Assembly: GCA_964016885.1 (NCBI GenBank) | Contig: OZ024742.1 | Coordinates: 140,554,001 to 140,618,000 of the forward strand | DNA: 64,000 nt | Source of the DNA: Eledone cirrhosa | Taxonomy: Eukaryota | Direction of reading: 5' to 3' | In this document: positions 39,201 to 50,808 of the stretch, in pieces | Numbering within the stretch: position 1 is the first letter of the stretch | Layout of the letters: each line of letters begins with the position of its first letter | Program-made: the position numbers and the translations under genes | Notes under the pieces: model-generated | The model's input: the letters and a program-made list of their open reading frames with translations, nothing else | Database searches by the model: none | Told to the model about the DNA's origin: nothing

Positions 39201-42200
39201 ATGCTGCGTGCAGGAGAGGCGGTTACGCTGGTATGGACATGTGATGCGTATGAAGGACGACAGCTGCATAAAAAGGTGCAGAGCACTAGAAGTTGATGGA
39301 AACCGCGGAGTGGGGAGACCCAAGATGACTTGGGATGAGGTGATAAAAGCCGACCTTACCCAACTACACCTCTCAAAGTCAATGACACACGACCGTGACT
39401 TCTGGCGTCACGCAGTAATACAGGGTACCCGACCTCCCATGGGTACATGCTGAAGCATATAAACAATATGCCCCCCCCCCCCACACCGCAAGGTGGTCGT
39501 GGAGGTGCCACGGCAAAAAAGCACCCAGCCCACACTGTAAAGTGGACGTGTAGGCGCCACGAAAAAGCACCCAGCACTCACTGTAAATGAGGTTGGTGTT
39601 AGGAAGGGCATCCAGCTGTAGAAATCAAGCCAGATCAGTTCCTGTATGAGCAAGGCATGGTCAGCCGACCAGACACTGCCCACAACAGGACAACCCGTCT
39701 AACCCATGCTAGCGTGGAAGAACGGACGTAAAACGGTGATGATGATGATGATGATGATGAATAAAAATATAGTATTTCAATAATAAAACTGTCAGTCACA
39801 AATAAATACAATAGCTACAATAGTTTACATAAGTTACTGTATCTATGTGTTTATGAGATATTCCACAACTCAAATAGATTTTATGACCATTTTTCCATGC
39901 TTGCATAGAATAGATGAGGTTCTTTTCTGGCAGGTTTTTTTTTATGACCAGATGCCATACTTGATGCCAACCTATGCCTTATTCTAATTATGGTACATAC
40001 CTTTAGTGCTTTGTTATACCTCTACTCTAGCATATTAGATACTGTGTAGACATGAACCGTCAACGCAGGGTTTTATAAGCAGTATTGATGTGACAGTTAT
40101 GGGGATTGGAATATACAATTGCACACACACATATATACATGCATGGGTTGGACAAGGTCTATCAGGGGTGTGGATGGGGAGGTGAATACATAAACATAGT
40201 CATTAAACATCTACTGCCCACATGTTCACCTGGGCCAAACAGGCTGTCACACTTAGAAACTAAGCCAGGCAGGAGACCATGCCTGGTTCATGAGTTCTTT
40301 ATACATTGGTATGGGTTGGACTGAGCTAAGAGAGGGGATGCAAGTGGAGGTAAAGTAGAGGCTGACCTTCCATGTCAGAAAGAGTTGAATGAGGGGAGGG
40401 AGAGGGCTATCTTTCCATGATTGCAGAAGTCGTTGGATGTGCAAGGAGGGGTTAGAGAAAATGAGTGGAGGAAGTCAAAGATGGAGCACTTAGATAATGA
40501 AAGGGGAGATGGCTAAGTTGGGTAAGTGTATGAGGGACATTGGTGCAGACTGTCCTCTCCATTTTTGTTTCATCCTGTACACGTGGGAGGAGGGGGTATT
40601 CTGTAGTATGGCATATTGTCAGAGCACTTGATCCTATGTCATCTCCTTTGAGAGCTTTAGTTGTATGAGGCTAGCTTTTACCACAGCATCCCAAGATTTC
40701 TTAGGTTGGCTGTAACATGAACTTCTTAGCTATGCAGCCATATAGAAGAATAAATTAAATTTATATATAAAATGGTTGGTGATAGAACAAAAACAATGTA
40801 GGGTAGAGAGGACACTTGCGTCTTTTTGAGGACATGGCAGCCTCCTTAGTGCTGGTACCACAAAAAACACTCAGTGCCCTCTCTATAAAATGGTTTGTGT
40901 TAGGAAGGGTATCCAGCTGTAGAAACAATTTCAATATAGAATGTCTGAGTGAGATGTGGTGCCCCCAAAACTTGTCTAATTTGGGTCAGCATGGAAAAAA
41001 GACATACAATGATGATGTAACAAGAAGAAGCATTTTTAGGTGATTTCCCCTGCTAAAGAACTGGATAGCTTTCTGGGCCCCTTAATTTTCTCCATTTTAC
41101 CCTATTGTCTAAATGATGTCTGCATCCTGTCACCAACCCCATGGCTTTCATTTCCTCTACTTTAACCATGTCTTTCTTGGTCATCCCCTTCCCCTATTTC
41201 CTTCCATTTCTTCTTCACTGTTTCCAATTGATCTGGCTGGATCCCAAAGCATCTGAAGTTATGGATGTTATTCAACCATCTTGCTTGAAGTCTTCCCCTG
41301 AGTTTCCTGCCGGTTCATTTTGTCCTTAAAATCTGTCCAGCGATTCTTTTATATTGGCACTGTGATCTCTCAATTCAGAGAAGTAACAGCTTTATCTGGA
41401 GTGACTCTCTGATCTCCGAGCTACACACCCAATTGAATGACATAAGTCCAAAAACCGTTCAGAGGAACCCTATTCTCGGCTGCTTGTATTCACAATCATA
41501 TTCTTTCAGAATATTTATATATGAGACATCCTTAAAATTTATAAATATTCCTTCCATCTTAATTTTCATTATTTCTCTCTCATCTGATCATGTTCATCTT
41601 TCCTCAACACATGACCTAGCCATCTCAAATGATAATATAAAAAAATATAAAATACAAAAATATTCAAATTATTGTTAATTAGAACAAAGTGAAATACAAA
41701 CTCTTTTGGTAGAACAGCATCTTTGATATATGCTTTCTCTAAACTCTGTAATGTATTAATTACAGCATAAAGATCGGCCATGTTGTCATATCTGAAATGA
41801 TAGAAATACAAATAGCAACATAATGTGGAAATGAGAGAGTGAGAGAGACAAAGGCAGAGAGAGATAAATTTATTTGTAAACTTGTACTATGTTAACCATT
41901 AAAATCTCGATCTCATATATTTCACTACAATATTCAATTTCTCATGATGTTAAAGAATGTAAAACAATCCTTTTACAAGAAGTTTGTTCGGTTTTCATAT
42001 TTGAATATTTGTTTTTTTTAGTTGCAAATCTTTTTATTTACACATTAACTACTGTAGTATTTTCCGTTTTAAATTTACCAGTACCAATGAACACTACGTA
42101 GTGGTATAATTATATTGGTGCTATTTACATATCTAAGTTATATTATTTTATTTTTCTTGAATCATTTATTCTTTATGTGTAACAAACAGAGGAATATCTG

Positions 42201-45200
42201 TTTAGTAAACAACAACTTCATTGCGTAAGAATTATTGACCTATTACTCAAACGGAAAAAGTATGTGTGTGTGCGTGTATCATCATCATCATCCCCGTTTA
42301 GCATCCATTTTTCTATGCTTGCATTGGTTAGACGTGTTGTCCATGCCAGAAGGCAAGTCTGGCCAGAGTTGACCATGCTGTACCTTGCTCCGATGAGAAC
42401 TGTAAATTTGGCCAGGTATTTTATAGTTGGATACCCTTCTTAACACCAACCACATTTACAGTGTGGTATATATATATATATATCATGTATACGTAGCTGA
42501 TCTCTTGGACTTTTTACGAAGAACTGAGGGAATAAAATTAATTTAAAGAGTGGTGTGCTCATGTGCGAAGATGGTTTAAAATTATCTCATAAAATAGGGT
42601 GAAGACCTTTAAAGATGGAAAAAGAAGTTGCCATTGGCAATTTCTTTTTTTGTCTTTAAAAGATCTTCACCCTATTTTATAAGATCTCCATGCATGAGTC
42701 CCCAACTCTTTTTATGTGTGTGTGTGTGTGTGTGTGTGCCTGTGCGTGCGTGTGTAATAAAAGGTCGATAAGTTTCAAAAAGCCAGTACAAAACTGTCAA
42801 GATTTACAAATTCTTCAAAAACACAGACCCACATGTGAACTTTGAGGACAAGCACCCAGACACCACTGGCTCTCTCTCCCCCTCTCTCTCTACTTGACTT
42901 TACACTAAGTGTCACAAATTTTTCGAGAAGGATGCCTGCAAAGTCATTTTGTGCACCAAGATTCTGCTCTTCCCTACAGAGCCAAAATGACCTATATACA
43001 GAATGGTATCTCCCAGATATGTAACAGCTGCAGTGAGGATAGCGACAAACATACCAGTACTGTGGAATTCCAGAGAATTCTCACTGAGAAAAGCTACCTG
43101 AATTCTCTTACCAAACACCGAAATGCCAAGGCAATAACACTTAAAAGAACAAGGACACACGGCCCCTAGAAGTAACATATGCTACCTAAAGATGCCACAT
43201 TTCAATGAGAAGACAGCTTCCATCAGATAAGCCATCTGTAGGGAGGGCCTGAATAAACAGTTGGTGCACTCAGGATCCTCATTGAGGAGACTACTTCACA
43301 TGAGATTGTATGAGATCTACAAGGTCACATGTAAAAAATGTAGCTCTTCGTACATCAGAAGTGCCATCTAGATGCTGCACATATGAATCAAGAGGCACAT
43401 GATGATGAGAGATTCTGTTAAAAAACAACTTGACAGATGTTACAGCCAAGACATTGAGATCACCATAGAGGTGATGGAAAGGAATGTGGGCAATTTAAGA
43501 ATAAAAAAAGCTATTATCTTCAATCAGAAAAAAAAAAAAAAAGATCAGAAATGCACAAAGTAGATTGACTACTATAACGACTTCACGCATGCGTATTTCA
43601 GACACATAGGCCAGTTAAGGATGAACACATGGATTGTTTTTGTTTTTAATCATTTCTGAAAAGAGAGTAATAGCCCTGAAATATACTTGGTAAAACATTA
43701 CTTTGTTTTACTCATCATCCTTTGTACTTTATATATTTCTATCATATTGTTCCAGCTTTTTGAAACTTATCGGTCTTTTATTACATATCTCACAATGCTT
43801 CATATTAACTATGTATGGTCCTGTAACTCCCGATAGAGTCGTAGGGGCGCCATATGTATGGCGTTTCCTGGGCAACCACAAGTGTTTTAACCCTTTTGAT
43901 GCCAATATGGACAAAATTAGCTCTGCTTCTATGAAACAAAACTACTCATTTTAAAGGGTTCCTATTTAAATTAGAATCTTCCAACAACATTTTATATCAG
44001 AACCATAGGTTAGGCCCCATGACAGGCTTTATACCTCTTATATTCTTCAAAGATTGATAAAAAAAAGTGCAAGTGATACACAGAGTTGACTGACTATATC
44101 TGACTAAAATGTTGACAGTAGCAAGATAGGAATGAAAGCGTTGGGGTATTTCCTGTGGTGCTTCCCAGTGGTGACTCTAGCTTAAGAATGTTTCCTTGGT
44201 TTGCTGGTAACAGCTCAAAGATGTATATGATGGTTGTTTTTTTTTAAACCTTTTCACTCACAGCCCATTTTGATCTTACAAATTGTTTCACTGGACTAAA
44301 CTTTATGAGCCTAAGCTATCCTAATTAAATTTTGTTCATATAACATTGAAAGAAAGTTATATTACCTTGAAGAACAGTGAATTAAAATCATCCAGGATTA
44401 TTATTTTCTTAATAGTTGAGGTGAGAATTTATCTGAGTTACACCTTTGAGTGTGAGCAAATATTACAAGTGAAGAATGATCATAGTGTTCTGAGATATGT
44501 TTTGGTTGGAAATAGATATATTTGGCAGTAGAGCTTCTTGGGCTAACAGGATTATGGTGTACTTATTCTGTTTGAAATAGATATAATTGCCAGTAGGGTT
44601 ATGTGGGCTACTCAGGCTAAGTTTGAGTAGTCCAAGTGTTGGAGTTGCCACTAGTGCTTCTTTATCTCTGCAAAATTGCCATCCTTCAGTTCATAAAAGA
44701 TGGATTATTCAAGATTGTCACAGATTATTATAATAATGTATTTTTGTTTCTTTATCTTAGACAGTTAAGTTATATAATTAATAATAAAATTAACACTTAC
44801 TTTTCTCTTTCACGGGCAGTGCGGTGTAGTTTCACCTCCTACAGAGTAGAAAAGTCAATGGAAAAATAACTAGTATAATAGAGTTCAGTGAGTGAATGTG
44901 TTGCTTATTTTTTATTTTTTCAATTTAAGTTGTTTGCAGAATTAGCAAGTCATTAACAAAATGACAAAACATTTTTGTTTGAGTCAAACCAGTTTCAATG
45001 ATTTGTAAGGTTTATTCCTCTCCAAAGAAAGAGAAAGAGAGAAAAATAGGCCCTAGAATGTGGTACTTTATTTATTGACCTCAAAACAATGTCCTCAGTA
45101 AGATTTGAACTTGGAGCACAATGAGCTGGAACAACTACCAAGGTATTTTTAATTTGATGGCATAATGACTAATTTTCTGACGCACGCGTGTGTGTATATA

Positions 45201-46445
45201 CAGGGTGTGGACGATATTTGTTCGCAATTTTCAACTGCTAATTTTATGCAAATTTTTTTTACTTCCGTTGTCACTCTTGTCTTCATAAAAACAGTGACTA
45301 TATTTCCATTATTTATTTTCAGAATAATTGATTATGAATAATTTTGAACCTCCAAATTTGTGGAGGACAAATAAGGAAATTTCAGACTTTCTCAGCGTCA
45401 GCAGGAGAATGGTGGAAAAGGTCAGAAATGAATTGGAAGATTCAGGATTCGACTACGAAGCAACATCAGAGAGGAAAACACATGATTGACGATCTGACGC
45501 CTTCAGAACACCCAAATTCGTCGCTGAAGTTCAGGATATCATCAACAATGAACCTAGCAAGTCGATGCGTGCCATTGCAAGGGAGAAAGGCGTGGATGAA
45601 AAGCTCATTAGGCTGGTGGTACATGAAGACATTCGCTACATTTCATACAAGATGAGGAAAGGACAATTTCTGTCAAAGGCGATGCAAGGAAAGCGACTGA
45701 AGCACGCAAAGAAGTTGATCAACAAGTTGAAACACCCACTGGAGCCAGACATGCTGTGATTTTTCTCCGACGAGAAAAACTTCTGCCAAGACCAGAAGAT
45801 CAACTCCCAGAACAACAGGTGGCTCGCTATCTCATCCAAAGACATGCCCAGAGTCATGCAGACAAAGTTTCCAGCGACAACATTGGTCTTAGGTGTCGTC
45901 AGCAGTCAAGGTGACGTCATGCCACCTCACTTCTTCCCTGAGGGTCTCAAGCTGAACACCGATGGCTACATCCGTGTTCTGAGTGAGGTAGTAAAGCCCT
46001 GGATCGACCAGGTAGCTGCAGGTAGGCCATACGTGTGGCAGCAAGACTCAGCGCCCTGCCATACCAGCCGAAAGACCCAAGCCTGGCTGTCAGAGAACTT
46101 CGTTGACCACACTTCATCCGACATCTGGCCTCCCAGCTCGCCTGACTGCAACCCCCTTGACTTCTTTGTGTGGGGCGCAGTGGAACGAGACACCAACAGG
46201 TCTAGCTGCAAGGATCACAAGTGCCTTTAGGGGCCTAAGTTGGGGGACAGTGATGAAGGCCTGTAGCCGGTTCCAAGGCTGCCTTGAGGCCGTCATCAAA
46301 GCCAAAGGCGAGTTTATCGAGTGAGATCGAAAGAACAAGTCATGAAGACAAACTCACCCAAGTTTGATAAATATATCTTAAAAAATAAAACTACTGTGTT
46401 ATTTTTTCCTAGACAGTAATCTTGAGAACAAATATCGTCTGCACC

Positions 46446-46500
<55 letters not shown>

Positions 46501-46663
46501 ACCCAGTACAACCTCCTTCATGGTCAACGACCAAACCAGCTCCTCTACCACATGTGTGTACATATATGTGGTGTGTGTGTTGTGTGATTGTCAGTTGGTG
46601 CAGTGGATAAAGTTAATATTGGATGAACTAGATGTAAGGCCTCCGATGGTGGTGACAACAATG

Positions 46664-46702
<39 letters not shown>

Positions 46703-46721
46703 AAGATTATGTTGAAGCTTG

Positions 46722-46756
<35 letters not shown>

Positions 46757-49700
46757 TTTATTAAAATAACAGATTAAAGTTTAAGCAAAGAAATCACTGA
46801 TTTCACTCTTAACGGGATCTTCTGAAAACTTTTCAGAAGATCCCGTTAAGGGTGAAAGCAGCGATTCTTTGCTTAAACTTTAATCTGTTATTTTAATAAA
46901 TATTTGCTCTACGGTTCTTATATATTTGATATATATTTATCCTTATCGAGCCCTCTTTGGATTTTAGTCTTCAAATTTATTATTATTACTATATATATAT
47001 CATCATCATCATCGTTTTACGTCCGTTCTTCCACGCTAGCATGTGTTAGACAGGTTGTCCTGTTGTGGGCAGTGTCCGGTCGGCTGACCTTGTCTTGCTC
47101 GTACAGGATTCTGGATTGATTTCTACAGCTGGATGCCCTTCCTAACACCAACCTCATTTACAGTGAGTGCTGGGTGCTTTTTTTCCGTGGCGCCTACATA
47201 TATATATATATTGTATTAACCAAAGGTTAGGAAAGCAAAGAATATTTGTATGCAATATCACATATATATATATATCAGGTGTCAACAATCTACAGCTTGT
47301 GGCCAAATCTGACCTGCAGTATTCATTGAATATGTGATGTTGCATACAAATATTCTTTGCTTTCCTAACCTTTGGTTAATACAATTAATTAAGAATGTAG
47401 GCTTCACATGCAGCAGCTGTGCGGAGACAGCCAGCAGCAAACAGCCACAGGAAACAAGTACCACCAATCTCTGGGAGGGCTCTGTAGAAACAGTAGACAG
47501 CTTCTGCTACCTAGGTGACCGAATTAGCAGCGGAGGTGGGTGTTCAGAAAGTACAATAACTAGGGTAAGAACGGGATGGAAGAAGTTTAGGGAACTACTA
47601 CCACTGCTAGCTGCAAAAGGCTTCTCCCTCAGAATGAAAGGCAGACTGTATGATGCGTGTATCCGAACAGCAATGTTGCATGGTAGTGAGACCTGGGCGC
47701 TGAAGGTGGAAGACTTACGTAGCTTAGAGAGAAACGAAGCCTGCATGCTCCGATGGATGTGTAACAGTAATATATGTGAACGACAAAGCATAAATGAATT
47801 GAGAGAGAGACTGAGCATAAGAGGAATCAAATGCTGTGTGCAGGAGAGGCGGTTGCGCTGGTATGGACATGTGATGCGTATGAAGGATGACAGCTGCATA
47901 AAAAGGTGCAGAGCACTAGAAGTTGATGGAAACCGCGGAGTGGGGAGACCCAAGATGACCTGGGATGAGGTGATAAAAGCCGACCTTACCCAATTACACC
48001 TCTCAAAGGCGATGACACACGACCGTGACTTCTGGCGTCAGGCAGTAATACAGAGTACTCGATCTCCCATGGGTACAAGCTGAAGCATATAGACAATATG
48101 CCCCACACCCCAAGGTGGTCGTGGAGGTGCCACGGCAAAAAAGCACCCAGCCCACACTGTAAAGTGGACGTGTAGGCGCCACGAAAAAGCACCCAGCACT
48201 CACTGTAAATGAGGTTGGTGTTAGGAAGGGCATCCAGCTGTAGAAATCAAGCCAGATCAGTTCCTGTATGAGCAAGGCATGGTCAGCCGACCAGACACTG
48301 CCCACAACAGGACAACCCGTCTAACCCATGCTAGCGTGAAAGAACGAACGTAAAACGGTGATGATGATGAATCCTCCTGCTATTTGTACTGTTCTAATTT
48401 GTATGCATTATTGCAAATCCCGCCAAGGTTAACTTTGCCTTTCATCCTTACGGGGGTCGATAAAATAAAGCACCAGTAATACACTGGGATAATTGCTGGT
48501 CCTGTGCCAAAAGTAGAAACAATTATTGCTAAGTCTAGGGCAGTGGCTTGGCAGTATTGGTAGAGGGTCGGACACCATGCTTTGACGCATATAGTTACGG
48601 CCCTTTCCATTCTAAGTTCAAATCCCGCCAAGGTTAACTTTGCCTTTCATCCTTACGGGGTCGATAAAATAAAGTACTAGTAATGCACTGGGTAATTGCC
48701 GGCCTTGTGCCAAAAGTAGAAACAATTATTGCTAAGCCTGTTGGGCTTTCTTCTTTGCCTACATATTCCTGTAAGGGAATAATAGAGGGTCCTATCAGAA
48801 GCAACCATCTCCAAATGATCCAGCTGGATCTCCAATGGAGACCAACCAAACTTATGGATGTTATATATCTTACAAGTCTCCTGCTGATTGGCTTTGCCTG
48901 TAAAATCTGCCCAGCAATCCTTTCTTTAGATATTTTAACCACATATCCATAGTATTGGAGCTGTGATCTTTCAATGTAGAGAAGTAAGTAGCATCTCAAT
49001 CTCGAGTGACTCCCTGATCCCTGAGCTATGCACCCTATTAAGTAATATTACTCCAAAGACCCTTTGGAGGAACCACATTTAGGCCATCTGCATTCGCATA
49101 TTGTTATGCCTTAGTAAAAGAAACATTTTTATATAACTAATCACTGTTATGGTATTAAGAAATGCCTACTCTAATGGTTATTCTTTATACCACCAGTAAG
49201 AAACCCATTTTATTCTATGTTAAATAAATGCTTATAACAAAATATATTAAATATAATGTAAAAGACAAGTTGTTTCCAAAGCTTTGTATGACCATGGTAT
49301 AATTTTTATAAACAACTTGACTGGCAAGACAATTCCAATCTGATCATTATAATTTTTCCATGCTGAAATGAATTGTACAAGTCTCATCACATCTCATCAA
49401 CCACCACAGTGCTTCTTCATGTAGTAGATACAGCAACTAAGAAAATGTGCCTACTCAGCCATTTCGTTTTTTTTTAATTATTTTTTACTTGGCCTTCCCT
49501 ATTACAAAGCCCTTTTTAGGCCTTCCGCTTTACAAGCCATTTCACAGCAAGAGCTGGGAACATATTATTCTCCGGCAGATGTCTTATATGTCAAAAATAT
49601 ATAAGCTATAATTTATTTTTGTCTCAGTGCTAATTCTGTAAACATCACTGATGACAGATTAAAACATTCTGAAACACTTGTGTCTGGCATTCTCACACAA

Positions 49701-50808
49701 CTTCTGAAATGGCTCTGACATGATCACAACTTAAAACATTCATAGTGAGACTTGTATATGTTTATTATACAATTAAACAAACATATATATATATACCTTT
49801 GTGTACACTTCTATTATGAATTATACTATGTTAGTGCCACTGATATATCATCATCATCACTATTTAACGTCCATTTACCATGCTGGCATAGGTTAGATGG
49901 GTTGTCCTGTTGTGAGACAAGAATCAGAGCAGGTGACCTTGCCATGCTCATACAAAAATGTTTCTGGCTCGGTCTCTACAGTTGGATGCCCTTCCTAATA
50001 CCAACTACATTTACAGTGTAGACTGGGTATTTTTTCATCATATCACTCGCATGATCGGCTTACAGAGTGGACCAGATGCTTTTTGTCATGTCACTAACAC
50101 AACTCAAATACTGGACTTTATTTCAATAGTGAATGCATATTATAACTATTGAAACTGCACATATAGAATTTTAGCATCTTAGCACAACTGGAAAATATAC
50201 ACGTTGAAATGTGTAGTATTTAAAGAACACATACATGGAGGCACATGGCTTAGTGGTTAGAGCATTGGCCTTGCAATCAAAAGGTTGTGAGTTCAATTCT
50301 CAGACTGGGTGATGTGTTGTTTCCTTGAGCAAGACACTTTATTTCAAATTGCTCCAGTTTACTTAGCTGTAGAAATGAGATGATAAGGACTGGGGTCCAT
50401 ATCATTCCACTGCAAAGTGGTCGTGGAGGTGCCACGGCAAAAAAGCACCCAGCACTCACTGTAAATGAGGTTGGTGTTAGGAAGGGCATCCAGCTGTAGA
50501 AATCAAGCCAGAATCAGTTCCCGTCCCACCCTTGCAAGCAGGGAAAAAGCGGACGTAAAATGAAATGATGATGATGATACATAAAAGGATATGAATTCAA
50601 TCAATTTGTAGAAAAATGTGTGTAAGATAGAATGCAATTGGCCTTACAAAGGGCATTCAACCATGGAAACCATAACTCATCTAACCCATGCCAGCATGGA
50701 AAACGATATTTATGATGATGGTGATCATGATAGAATTTTTTTTTTTTTTTAAATATGATGACGAGAAAAAAGTACTTACCTCATAAAGGTCAGGGTTAGT
50801 GGCAGAAG
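27106..50808 (-). CDS. VPS28: Vacuolar protein sorting-associated protein 28 (ESCRT-I subunit), spliced gene
   Basis: complement join(50780-50808,44801-44838,41702-41791,36377-36482,33652-33753,32981-33034,30186-30277,27106-27229), all GT-AG and in phase. Translation [210 protein letters not shown] closely follows metazoan VPS28. Confidence 0.97.
27427..29561 (+). mobile_element. RTE LINE, 5'-truncated, uninterrupted RT ORF 27427-29046
   Basis: [50 protein letters not shown]; internally duplicated 3' UTR and (GAT)n tail; in a VPS28 intron, antisense. Confidence 0.95.
30186..30277 (-). CDS. VPS28: VPS28 exon
   Basis: [12 protein letters not shown]...DFEG; ttctag| and |gtttgt. Confidence 0.95.
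30695..31825. mobile_element. Expander/Rex3-like RTE LINE fragments, 5' part inverted
   Basis: Minus 30695-31135: [29 protein letters not shown]. Plus 31140-31825: [22 protein letters not shown]...FVPSLTYG. Confidence 0.7.
32981..33034 (-). CDS. VPS28: VPS28 exon
   Basis: [18 protein letters not shown]; tttcag| and |gtaagc. Confidence 0.95.
33652..33753 (-). CDS. VPS28: VPS28 exon
   Basis: [24 protein letters not shown]; atctag| and |gtaagt. Confidence 0.95.
36377..36482 (-). CDS. VPS28: VPS28 exon
   Basis: [16 protein letters not shown]; tttcag| and |gtaggt. Confidence 0.95.
37120..39760 (+). mobile_element. RTE LINE, 5'-truncated, uninterrupted 770-aa ORF 37141-39453
   Basis: Tether region (TWWW) plus complete RT with YADD and thumb, 3' UTR and (GAT)n tail; APE endonuclease missing. 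Confidence 0.96.
41702..41791 (-). CDS. VPS28: VPS28 exon
   Basis: [10 protein letters not shown]...LEKAYIKD; tttcag| and |gtttgt. Confidence 0.95.
42545..42712. repeat. Palindromic hairpin element
   Basis: Core 42584-42685 self-complementary around gcca|ttggc, with an outer imperfect arm. Confidence 0.75.
42740..43800 (+). mobile_element. Decayed Penelope-like element (RT thumb + GIY-YIG)
   Basis: [19 protein letters not shown]...CS and [14 protein letters not shown]...IKRH remnants with stops. Confidence 0.7.
44801..44838 (-). CDS. VPS28: VPS28 38-nt exon
   Basis: [13 protein letters not shown]; ctgtag| and |gtaagt. Confidence 0.93.
45201..46448 (+). mobile_element. Tc1/mariner DD37D (maT) transposon with pseudogenised transposase
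   Basis: TIRs CAGGGTGTGGACGATATTTGTTC / GAACAAATATCGTCTGCACCCTG, TA flanks; [27 protein letters not shown] with 37 residues between the last two Asp; in-frame TGA at 45757. Confidence 0.92.
46752..46905. repeat. Near-perfect 154-bp palindrome next to (TA)n
   Basis: Arms pair around ctgaaaa c ttttcag. Confidence 0.88.
47000..47198 (-). mobile_element. RTE LINE 3' UTR fragment
   Basis: Reverse complement of the 39550-39760 tail, including (GAT)n. Confidence 0.85.
47210..47385. repeat. MITE-like inverted repeat (about 55-bp arms)
   Basis: attgtattaaccaaaggttaggaaagcaaagaatatttgtatgcaa and its reverse complement ending at 47385. Confidence 0.85.
47386..48371 (+). mobile_element. RTE LINE 3' end, near-identical to 38758-39760
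   Basis: ORF ending at 48083, same 3' UTR and (GAT)n tail. Confidence 0.93.
50238..50578 (+). mobile_element. tRNA-headed SINE with RTE-derived 3' tail
   Basis: TGGCTTAGTGGTTAGAGC / GAGTTCAATTC head, CCTTGAGCAAGACACTT core, tail matching 39490-39760. Confidence 0.75.
50780..50808 (-). CDS. VPS28: VPS28 29-nt exon
   Basis: SATNPDLYE (cf. NKPELYE); ttctag| and |gtaagt. Confidence 0.88.

Noticed and set aside
44480-44740. Possible Penelope C-terminal remnant on the minus strand
   Set aside because: Too decayed to support by eye.
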